DNA of 64,000 nt from Spirochaetota bacterium (GTDB taxonomy: Bacteria; Spirochaetota; UBA4802; UBA5550): NCBI GenBank assembly GCA_036821145.1, contig DAISJZ010000002.1:49432-113431 (forward strand), read 5' to 3'. The notes under the pieces were generated by a model. That model was not told the origin of the DNA. It searched no databases and worked only from the letters and a program-made list of their open reading frames with translations. Both the position numbers and the translations under genes were made by a program. Shown one piece after another: positions 48,389-56,298 of the stretch (positions are counted from its first letter, which is position 1; every line of letters begins with the position of its first letter).

Positions 48389-48443
48389 TATTATGTCTCC
48401 TCAAAACTATTTGAAATACCGGACTATTAATCCGGCATCTCTG

Positions 48444-49385
48444 TTACAGGGTACTTGTATTCCTGATTGCTTCTTCAATTGCATCGAGCTGTGTTGATAT
48501 TCTTGCATCAATTGCACCAACATCAGTTTCAATGATACAGCCGCCGCGTTCAACGCGTGAATCTTCGTAAATATTAACTTTTTTCAGAGATTCCATCATT
48601 TTTATCAATTCATCTTTATGAGCTGTTGTCATATCAAGGTCTGCAAAATTAACACGGATATCAATTCTGTCTCTATCTTTTACACGTTTGATCGATTCTT
48701 TAATATTATTTATTACAACTTCTCGACGTTCAACGATCTCGTCTTTAATTACCTTACGGGCAATCATAAGAATCATTTCAGTCATAAGCTTTTCAGAAGA
48801 TTTTATTATATCATCCCTGATATCAACAGCCGTAGATACTATAGTTCCCAACCTGTCTATAAGTCGCATCACTTCGGCCTGACCTTCCTTGTATCCCTCT
48901 TCACGGCCGGCCTCATGGCCTTTCATGTAGGCATCGTGTTCAATTTCAGAAACTTTTTTTTCCGCTTCAAGAATTATCTTTTCAGCTTCAAATTTACTAC
49001 GCTCGATTTCACGTTCAGCTTCAGAGCGATGTTTCTCTTTCTCAATTTTTATCTGCTCACGAACTTTTTCAAGTTCAGTAAAAGCGGATGATTTTCCATC
49101 TTCTTCAATTTTTGCGGCACGGGCTCTTGCCTGTTCAAGCATCTGCCGGACTTCCTCTTCAGTCTCCCGACGGTAACGCTCAAGCTCAGCCTCCATTTCC
49201 TCGATAGAAGGTCCCTGATATACATCAATAGGATTCCCCTCTTCATCCATTTCAAACTCATGATACTCATCTGTATCAATAAGATTCTTCTGATATTTTG
49301 CAGGGAGATCCACCTGTTTAACAACAGTGGCCTGCTGTATTTCACCCGGTTTAAATACAAGTTTAGACAACGAGTTCCTCCTCAC
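48444..49385 (-). CDS. fliH: Flagellar assembly protein FliH
   Basis: E/R/K-rich coiled coil, then the FliH C-terminal domain (VRVNFADL..., GGCIIETDVGAIDARISTQLDAIEEA). The track start overlaps fliG by 23 nt, so the true start may be later. Confidence 0.88.
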   Translation of the reverse strand: MRRNSLSKLVFKPGEIQQATVVKQVDLPAKYQKNLIDTDEYHEFEMDEEGNPIDVYQGPSIEEMEAELERYRRETEEEVRQMLEQARARAAKIEEDGKSSAFTELEKVREQIKIEKEKHRSEAEREIERSKFEAEKIILEAEKKVSEIEHDAYMKGHEAGREEGYKEGQAEVMRLIDRLGTIVSTAVDIRDDIIKSSEKLMTEMILMIARKVIKDEIVERREVVINNIKESIKRVKDRDRIDIRVNFADLDMTTAHKDELIKMMESLKKVNIYEDSRVERGGCIIETDVGAIDARISTQLDAIEEAIRNTSTL

Positions 49386-50379
49386 CCGCTCTCGCGACTA
49401 CGATATCGCCGGCGTCTTCAAGTTTTCTTATTATGTTAACAATCTTCTGCTGTGATTCCTCAACATCACGGAGCCTGATTGGCCCCATGAAATCCATATC
49501 CTCACGGAGCAGCTGTGCAGCACGTTTTGACATGTTCCTGAATATTTTTTCCTGAACCTCTGCGTCAACACCTTTAAGGGCCTTTGCAAGTTCCTGTGTA
49601 TCAACTTCACGGAGAACTTTCTGAATAGACCTGTCGTCGAGAAGCACGATATCTTCAAATACGAACATCCTTTTCTTGATTTCCTCTGCGAGCTCGGGGT
49701 CCTCTTCCTCAAGAGCTTCTATAATAATCTTCTCAGTACCCCGGTCAACATTGTTAAGCACTTCAACAACTGTATCAATACCCCCGGCCTGTGTAAAATC
49801 TTCACTTGCCAGAGTTGAAAGTTTTCTTTCAAGAACCCGTTCCACCTCACGAAGAACATCCGGAGAAGTACGCTTCATTTCAGCTATCCTTCTTGCTACG
49901 TCAGCCTGCACGTTATGCGGAAGCTCAGCAAGAATCATGGCTGCCTTCTGCGGATCAAGATAAGCAAGAATCAGCGCGATTGTCTGCGGGTGTTCCCCCT
50001 GTATAAAGTTTAAAAGATGACTCGGGTCAGTTCTACGTATAAAATCGAAAGGCCTTACCTGAAGTGATGAGGTAAGGCGGTTTACAATATCAATAGCTTT
50101 CTGTGTGCCAAGAGCTCTTTCGAGAACATCCCGGGCATAATCTATACCACCCTGGGATATAAACTCCTGGGCCATCATCATTTCCTGAAATTCCTGCAGA
50201 ACTCTGTCTTTATCATCAGGTTCTATTTTGTCGAGCCGGGCAATTTCAAAAGTAAGCTGTTCTATCTCATCCTCGCGGAGATGTTTGAATATTTCGGATG
50301 AGACATCCGAACCGAGAGAAACGAGAAATATGGCAGCTTTCTGCCTACCCGTCAATTGGGATTTCTTGGACTGATGCAT
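49363..50379 (-). CDS. fliG: Flagellar motor switch protein FliG
   Basis: LTGRQKAAIFLVSLG, EHPQTIALILAYL, FVFEDI and MSKRAA..L.EDM are canonical FliG blocks. Confidence 0.97.
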   Translation of the reverse strand: MHQSKKSQLTGRQKAAIFLVSLGSDVSSEIFKHLREDEIEQLTFEIARLDKIEPDDKDRVLQEFQEMMMAQEFISQGGIDYARDVLERALGTQKAIDIVNRLTSSLQVRPFDFIRRTDPSHLLNFIQGEHPQTIALILAYLDPQKAAMILAELPHNVQADVARRIAEMKRTSPDVLREVERVLERKLSTLASEDFTQAGGIDTVVEVLNNVDRGTEKIIIEALEEEDPELAEEIKKRMFVFEDIVLLDDRSIQKVLREVDTQELAKALKGVDAEVQEKIFRNMSKRAAQLLREDMDFMGPIRLRDVEESQQKIVNIIRKLEDAGDIVVARAGEEELVV

Positions 50380-50412
50380 TAATTAACCCCGCAACACTTA
50401 AAAAAAAAGTTT

Positions 50413-50429
50413 TGCCGATCAAATCGGCA
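50413..50429 (-). other. Terminator-like hairpin in the fliF-fliG gap (7-bp stem, 3-nt loop, followed on the minus strand by AAAAC-T9)
   Basis: Minus strand reads tgccgat-ttg-atcggca-aaacttttttttt, 34 nt upstream of the fliG ATG. Confidence 0.5.
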
Positions 50430-50485
50430 TAATAAATATTTAATAATATTATCGACAGTTTTATATAAAATGTCAAATTAAAAAA

Positions 50486-52186
50486 CTATTCTTCAGCAAG
50501 CCATGTTCTGAGGAGCTGCGCCACATCATCAGGCCGCTCTTTTGCAAGCTGAAGAGCGCTCTGCTGAAGCTCAAGCCGCGCACGTTCTTCAAGAGAGAGC
50601 TCAACATCAATACCCTCTTCCTCAGCGGCTTTAAGAGCGGCTTCACGCATACGCTGCTGCTCCAGAGCCAGCGCTTCCTCTCTTGCACGTCTCCTTCTCT
50701 CCAGCTCTTTCTGAATAGCCCTGAAAAGTATAAATCCGACAAAGAGCGCGACTACCCCTATAAGTGAAGCAAGAAGAAGCATTTTAATCTGCTCTTTTCT
50801 TCTATATTCCTCACGGATTGAATTCCAGTAAGCTGTCCTGTCGAACATAATATTTTCTACAGCAACCTGGTCTCCCCTGGCATCATCAAAATTAATTGCT
50901 TTCTTTACAATATTCTCAGCCTTTTTCAGCTCCTCTTCATCAAGGGGCTGCTGAACAGGTTTTTTAGCCGGATCAAGGTCATATTCTCCATCCGGTGTCC
51001 TGGGGAGATCCTGCTGCCCGTCAATTGCTATGGCAACTGCAAGTCTTGTTATATCATAGGGATCTCTCGCAATATTACGGATGGTTTTATTAATGGCATG
51101 ATTTTTAATATCTTCCTGTTTGTCATACTGTGCAAACTGGTCATCACTGGCTTTATATCCCGGAGGTGTATTCCCTTCAGTGCCGGCAGGCCCCTCAGGA
51201 TTCCAGCCATGCCCTTTAAAATTTTCTTTTGTACTTTTTTCTGAAATCGTAAGAGAATCTTTAACCTTCCTTTCAGAATAGGGGGTCCGGGGATCATCCG
51301 GGACCATTGTTATAGGAGTATGCTCAGTCTGCTCCTCTGAAATTTTATCCCAGTTGAACTCCATGTTAAGTCTGACTATCTGTATCCTGTCTGATGAATA
51401 AATACGCTCAAGACCTTCACGGATCTCTTTAAGGAGCCTGACCCTCGCCTGCTCCTCAATTTTACGGCGCATTTCGATTATAGTGTATTCTTTCTTTTCA
51501 TTTTCAAACTCATCATCGAAATCAGATATTATCCTGCCGGTATTATCAGTAACAGTAACATCGTCCGGCTTCAATCTCGGCCCCACAGCTCTTGATACGA
51601 GGTACATTATACCTTTAATTTCTTTAGACGAAAGTTTATCATATCCAGGAGCGAGATGAACTGTAACAGCGGCTGTATAAGGAGTATTATTATCTGAATA
51701 AATACTGTCCTCTGACATCGCGATTTCTACATCAGCTTTATTTATATTCTGAAGGGATTCTATATGCCTTTGGACTTCACCGCGAAGAGCACGCATAAAC
51801 TTTACATCAAGCTCTTTGTCAGTTTCTGTCCAGTTTGATATATCAAATAGTTTAAATCCGGGGATACCTTTAGGGAGTAAATTTTCCTGGGCAAGCCTTG
51901 TTACTATAAGAGCCCTGTCTTCCGGCTTGACAAAAATTGATGCTGTTCCTGATGTTTCGTATTTATAACCCATTTCATCCAGTTTTTTTGTAACCTGTCC
52001 GAAATCATCAGAAGTCAGTTCAGCAAAAAGCATTACATTGGGCTCATTACTTGATACAGTAAACAATACACCAAAAGCTATAACAACTATAATTATAACA
52101 ACACCGACAATTATCCGTTTGGTGCGGTCGAGTTTTCCGTATATCTCTTTAGCCTGATCTAATATTCTTTTAAAAAGATCACCCAT
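50486..52186 (-). CDS. fliF: Flagellar MS-ring protein FliF
   Basis: 566 aa. N-terminal TM IIVGVVIIIVVIAFGVLF, YscJ/FliF ring-building motifs, second TM LLLASLIGVVALFVGFILF. GGAGG SD. Confidence 0.95.
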   Translation of the reverse strand: MGDLFKRILDQAKEIYGKLDRTKRIIVGVVIIIVVIAFGVLFTVSSNEPNVMLFAELTSDDFGQVTKKLDEMGYKYETSGTASIFVKPEDRALIVTRLAQENLLPKGIPGFKLFDISNWTETDKELDVKFMRALRGEVQRHIESLQNINKADVEIAMSEDSIYSDNNTPYTAAVTVHLAPGYDKLSSKEIKGIMYLVSRAVGPRLKPDDVTVTDNTGRIISDFDDEFENEKKEYTIIEMRRKIEEQARVRLLKEIREGLERIYSSDRIQIVRLNMEFNWDKISEEQTEHTPITMVPDDPRTPYSERKVKDSLTISEKSTKENFKGHGWNPEGPAGTEGNTPPGYKASDDQFAQYDKQEDIKNHAINKTIRNIARDPYDITRLAVAIAIDGQQDLPRTPDGEYDLDPAKKPVQQPLDEEELKKAENIVKKAINFDDARGDQVAVENIMFDRTAYWNSIREEYRRKEQIKMLLLASLIGVVALFVGFILFRAIQKELERRRRAREEALALEQQRMREAALKAAEEEGIDVELSLEERARLELQQSALQLAKERPDDVAQLLRTWLAEE

Positions 52187-52344
52187 TTCATGCCTCCGGA
52201 ACAGGGGATTGTTTCAATACACTAATGTGACATAATATACTTTTATAAAACATTAACTCAAAATGTCAATTAATTTCCTGAAAAACTCCCATTAAATGTC
52301 AGGATCGGGGGTAAAAAGCTTTATTTTACACCCGATTTTACCTG

Positions 52345-52668
52345 TTACCTGAGATTCATAAGTTCTCTATACGCATTAAGGGCACCGTCTCTCACGGCCT
52401 TTGTCAGGCCAAGAGCGATTTCAGCTTTCTGGGTTGCAATCATTACCTGGTGGATATCAACAGATTCAGGTTCAATAACCATTTTTTTCATGAGTCCCTC
52501 GGCATCCACCTGCAAATCATTGGTCCTGGCAACAGCACTGTTAAGCATATCTGCAAAAGAGCCGGACACATCGTCAGATGTACGTTTCAGCGGCGCTTCA
52601 CCTGTGTTATGAAGCGGATCAGAAGTAATCATTCTTACAATATTACCATTTGAAATCCCGTTAATCAT
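52345..52668 (-). CDS. fliE: Flagellar hook-basal body complex protein FliE
   Basis: 107 aa. SFADMLNSAV and the C-terminal VMIATQKAEIALGLTKAVRDGALNAYRELMNLR are typical FliE. Confidence 0.93.
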   Translation of the reverse strand: MINGISNGNIVRMITSDPLHNTGEAPLKRTSDDVSGSFADMLNSAVARTNDLQVDAEGLMKKMVIEPESVDIHQVMIATQKAEIALGLTKAVRDGALNAYRELMNLR

Positions 52669-52695
52669 TTTATCACCCTTTTTTATATATTTCTG

Positions 52696-52839
52696 TTATG
52701 CGTATTTTATTTCAATTCTGAGATTCATAAAGTAATCATCATCGAATTTTGCTATTTTGTCACTCTTTTTGACACTGTTTTTTCCTGACAAATCATGAGT
52801 TACTTTAACTTCTTCCATCATTGTTCTTTCCCTGAACAT
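52696..52839 (-). CDS. Unannotated small ORF (47 aa) between flgC and fliE
   Basis: ATG 52839 is preceded by GGGAGGTG with 4-nt spacing, 14 nt after the flgC stop. Product: MFRERTMMEEVKVTHDLSGKNSVKKSDKIAKFDDDYFMNLRIEIKYA. TAA at 52698-52696, 27 nt before the fliE ATG. Below the ORF-track length cut-off. Confidence 0.55.
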   Translation of the reverse strand: MFRERTMMEEVKVTHDLSGKNSVKKSDKIAKFDDDYFMNLRIEIKYA

Positions 52840-52853
52840 AAAACACCTCCCTG

Positions 52854-53321
52854 TTATGCGCCTGTTCTGCCTATTTCAAGAGCCTTTGAAAACATCCCTT
52901 TGGCATTATTAACAAGCATTACGTTTGCTTCATAAGATCTTGACGCCGATATGAGATCTGTCATCTCTGTGACGACATTTACATTAGGCATCCTCACATA
53001 CCCCTTCTCCGGACCGGTTTGAATCGCATCAGGATGTGACGGATCATACACAAGCCGTAGAGGGCTTGAATCCTTTTCTATCTTTACCACCCTGACACCT
53101 TTACCTATTCCGCTGTCAATACGATCAGGAACAAGCGGGGATTTATACTTAGGCCTGATATTTACAGGAGCGAATATTGCCCGCTTTCTTACAAAGGGGC
53201 CATCCCCCTCAGGTGTTCTGGTAGTTGTTGCGTTTGCTATATTATCACTTATAACATCCATCCGGAGCCTCTGTGCCGTTAAACCGGTAGACGATATATT
53301 AAAACTATCAAACATTCCCAT
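52854..53321 (-). CDS. flgC: Flagellar basal-body rod protein FlgC
   Basis: SSTGLTAQRLRMDVISDNIANATTTRT and the C-terminal VNVVTEMTDLISASRSYEANV. Confidence 0.96.
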   Translation of the reverse strand: MGMFDSFNISSTGLTAQRLRMDVISDNIANATTTRTPEGDGPFVRKRAIFAPVNIRPKYKSPLVPDRIDSGIGKGVRVVKIEKDSSPLRLVYDPSHPDAIQTGPEKGYVRMPNVNVVTEMTDLISASRSYEANVMLVNNAKGMFSKALEIGRTGA

Positions 53322-53339
53322 AGCTTACCTCACAGCTCC

Positions 53340-53771
53340 TTATACTGTTCTCACTACTGTTTTCAGCATTTTATAATTATGATTTAAAGCTGATACAAGA
53401 GCATTATACCTCATTATATTCTTTGAAGAATCCACCATCTCTTTTTCAATATCAACATTGTTGCCGTCGTTTCTCATAGAAGTTGTATAATCAACGTTTA
53501 TTCTCGGGGATACAGACTTTATATCTCTTTCAGTGAAAAAAGGTATATGCCTGTCATCTGTTAAAATTGCAGGAAGCCGGTTTTCATTCACATCCTTATT
53601 CTGATAAAGAGCTCTTTTAAGTTCACTTTCAAAGTTAACTTCACTTCTTTTAAAATGAGGAACATCAACATTTGCCACATTATCAGCAATTACTTTGCGC
53701 CTGAGCGATTCAACATTCATCGATTTCTCAATAATGTAATTTGTACTCATCATTCCGCTTCCATCAAACAT
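53340..53771 (-). CDS. flgB: Flagellar basal-body rod protein FlgB
   Basis: LRRKVIADNVANVDVPHFKR and NNVDIEKEMVDSSKNIMRYNALV. AGGGGGA SD. Confidence 0.94.
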   Translation of the reverse strand: MFDGSGMMSTNYIIEKSMNVESLRRKVIADNVANVDVPHFKRSEVNFESELKRALYQNKDVNENRLPAILTDDRHIPFFTERDIKSVSPRINVDYTTSMRNDGNNVDIEKEMVDSSKNIMRYNALVSALNHNYKMLKTVVRTV

Positions 53772-53929
53772 CGAAAAATCCCCCTTTAAACCTTTATATT
53801 ATAGTATTCGGTAGAATTTTAAATTTGATAAGCACTTTTTTATGTGACATAAGATTTTTTTTAAAAAAAGTCATTCTTATGAGATATTTACATTGAAAAC
53901 CACCGGAAAATGTTAATTGATTTATCAGA

Positions 53930-54583
53930 CTATAGAAGAATTTTATTAAGAGCAGGAACAGTTTCAGCAATATAATCAGGAAACGCATCAGCCAGTTCGC
54001 CGGGCTCACCATACCCATAGCCAACCCCGATAGAAGATATACCATTGGCTTTTGCGCCCTCGATGTCGTATTTCCTATCTCCAATCATAACAGCAGTTAC
54101 CGGCTGGTTTATTCTGTAATTCCTGATTATACCGGCTATAAGCTCACTCTTCGCCCCATTTGTTCCGTCAAGATTACTTCCGGAAACCGCTGTAAAATAA
54201 TCAAAAAGATTAAAGTGGCGCAGTATTTTCTCGGCGTAGATAACAGGCTTTGTTGTAGCAAGATATATTATTCTGTTATCAGCTTTAAGCTCTTCAAGAA
54301 GTTCAGGGATACCTGGATATACCTCATTCTCAAAGATACCATGTTCTGAAAAATATTCCCTGTAATACGAAACAGCCTCCTCTGCCTGCTCCATTGTAAA
54401 TCCGAAATAATTACAGAATGAATCCCGCAGCGGAGGGCCGATACATTTATAAAGCGCTGCAGTTTTTTCAGTTTTCCCGTATTTTGCCAGAGCATACTGA
54501 ATTGACCTGGTTATACCGACTCCGGGATCTGTGAGAGTACCATCCAGATCGAATATAATATGATTAAAGTGTTTTATCGCCAT
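53930..54583 (-). CDS. HAD-superfamily hydrolase (phosphoglycolate phosphatase/PpaX-like subfamily IA)
   Basis: IIFDLDGTLTD (motif I), LATTKP (motif II), MIGDRKYDIEGA (motif IV). Confidence 0.85.
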   Translation of the reverse strand: MAIKHFNHIIFDLDGTLTDPGVGITRSIQYALAKYGKTEKTAALYKCIGPPLRDSFCNYFGFTMEQAEEAVSYYREYFSEHGIFENEVYPGIPELLEELKADNRIIYLATTKPVIYAEKILRHFNLFDYFTAVSGSNLDGTNGAKSELIAGIIRNYRINQPVTAVMIGDRKYDIEGAKANGISSIGVGYGYGEPGELADAFPDYIAETVPALNKILL

Positions 54584-55263
54584 GAACCGGCTTTATCCTG
54601 CCAGAGTGCCGCTTTCTGCGAAAGTTCTATGTGGTTTTTCAATGAAAGTTTCTCCCTGATTGACGTCTTATGGTTATCCACAGTCTTAATACTTATATTC
54701 AATACACGGGAGATTTCACGGGAGTTCATCCCCCCGCCCACAAGTGCAAATACTTCAAGCTCCCTGTCTGTCAGCACAGATGTGGGCTCAAGATCAATTT
54801 TTTCAGAACCGCCTACATATTTAACGAGTATTTGAGAGGATATTTTACTACTAACATAGAGTTCATGCTTTGCGACAGATTTAAGAGCTGCAAGAATACT
54901 GCTCCCGTCTGCATTTTTCATAATATAGCCTGTCGCCCCTGTTTTTAATGCTCTTTCAGCATAAATTTTTTCATCTGACATTGATAAAACCAGCACCGGT
55001 ATAGCTGGATAATTATCATTCACCCACTTAATGAAATCAAAAGGGCTTCTACCATCATAAATAAGATCCATCACAATGATGTCAGGGTTAATCCATGCGA
55101 GCTCCTCTTTGTCAAAAACATAGCTGTCAGACTCAAGGCAAACTTCAAAAAAACCGCTTTTTAACAAAATCTGGTTGAACCCGAGTCTGTATAAAGGCTG
55201 ATTATCTATAATATAGACCCGCTGAATTCTCCTGGGGCTTAAAACTTTATTTTTATTCATCAT
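54574..55263 (-). CDS. NarL/FixJ (LuxR-type HTH) family response regulator
   Basis: Receiver (IIVMDL, VLVLSMS, GYIMKNA) plus LuxR HTH (LTDRELEVFALVGGGMNSREISRVLNISIKTVDNHKTSIREKL). It overlaps the HAD gene by 10 nt. Confidence 0.9.
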   Translation of the reverse strand: MMNKNKVLSPRRIQRVYIIDNQPLYRLGFNQILLKSGFFEVCLESDSYVFDKEELAWINPDIIVMDLIYDGRSPFDFIKWVNDNYPAIPVLVLSMSDEKIYAERALKTGATGYIMKNADGSSILAALKSVAKHELYVSSKISSQILVKYVGGSEKIDLEPTSVLTDRELEVFALVGGGMNSREISRVLNISIKTVDNHKTSIREKLSLKNHIELSQKAALWQDKAGSWR

Positions 55264-55416
55264 ACCTTGCTGAAAAATATTCCCGGATGAAGATCTTTTT
55301 TACATACACTCGCCATTCATGAAACCATACCGCTCCCGTAATGTAAATAAAAAAATCCGTTTTTAATTGACTTATAATAAGTCGCGGTTTTAATAATCTA
55401 ATGAGGATTCTACCGG

Positions 55417-56298
55417 ATGTTCAGAGAAAAAAAAGAGTGCTGCCCGCTATGTGGAAGCAGTAATATAAAAAACAAATACAGAATCAACCGATACTCTCTC
55501 CATTTTAACACAGACGTATGCATGTCATGCGGTTTTATTTTCATGAACCCTTTATTTGATGACTGCACAGTAAAGAGCTTCTATTCAGATGATTACTATA
55601 ACGGAAAAGCAGAATATTCATATATTGACGAAAGAAACATTAAAAAATACTCAAGCTACGTCTGGGACAGCAGAATAAAAATAATTTATAAATATATAAA
55701 ATCGGGGAATTTTCTCGATGTCGGTTGTTCATTCGGCGGATTTCTCGAATCGGCTTCAAAGTACTATACCACTTACGGAATAGAGATGTCGGAATACTCA
55801 TCTGCTTTTGCAGGAAAAATTTTCGGAGAGAGGATCCATTGCGGTACCCTGAAAGACCACCCCTTCGAGAATGAAAAATTTTCTGTTATTACGATGATTG
55901 AGCTTATTGAACATCTTGATGATCCCGCCTCTGCTGTCAGAGAGTGCTACAGGCTTCTTACAGACGGAGGGCTGCTGCTGATACAGACAGCAAACATGGA
56001 CGGAAGGCAGGCAAAAGTTCTTGGTCCCGATTATGAATACTTCATGCCTGGACATCTTTCATATTTCAGCAGGAGCAATCTTACATTGCTCCTTAAAAAA
56101 AGCGGTTTTAAAAATGTAAAAGTATTCCAGCCCGTGGAGTTCGGACTCTTGCCGAAATTGCTTAAATCAAGAGGGAGCTTCAGAACCCTCTCCGACTATA
56201 AAGCATGGATGAAAATTGCGTCATATCACCTGAAGAGCAAAATCCACTATGGTGATTTTGCTCTTACAAGTTCAATGGTTATTTATGCGTTTAAATGA
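55417..56298 (+). CDS. Class I SAM-dependent methyltransferase with N-terminal zinc ribbon
   Basis: CPLCGS...CMSCGF, motif I FLDVGCSFGGF, and post-I/II blocks VITMIELIEHLDDP and GGLLLIQT. Confidence 0.8.
   Translation: MFREKKECCPLCGSSNIKNKYRINRYSLHFNTDVCMSCGFIFMNPLFDDCTVKSFYSDDYYNGKAEYSYIDERNIKKYSSYVWDSRIKIIYKYIKSGNFLDVGCSFGGFLESASKYYTTYGIEMSEYSSAFAGKIFGERIHCGTLKDHPFENEKFSVITMIELIEHLDDPASAVRECYRLLTDGGLLLIQTANMDGRQAKVLGPDYEYFMPGHLSYFSRSNLTLLLKKSGFKNVKVFQPVEFGLLPKLLKSRGSFRTLSDYKAWMKIASYHLKSKIHYGDFALTSSMVIYAFK

Noticed and set aside
53772-53929. Searched upstream of flgB for a clear sigma70 or sigma28 promoter. TATAAT lies 26 nt before the ATG, and CCGAATA is nearby.
   Set aside because: TATAAT has no acceptable -35 at 16-18 nt. 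CCGAATA deviates from GCCGATAA and lacks a TAAA at -35. Neither is convincing enough to annotate.
53794-54084. 96-aa minus-strand ORF overlapping the 3' part of the HAD hydrolase gene and the flgB upstream spacer.
   Set aside because: It is in a different frame from the well-supported HAD gene, has no SD, and gives a hydrophobic low-complexity product.
54674-54682. Perfect DnaA box TTATCCACA.
   Set aside because: It is a single copy inside the coding sequence of the LuxR-type response regulator, with no neighbouring boxes and no AT-rich unwinding element. It is expected by chance in 64 kb.
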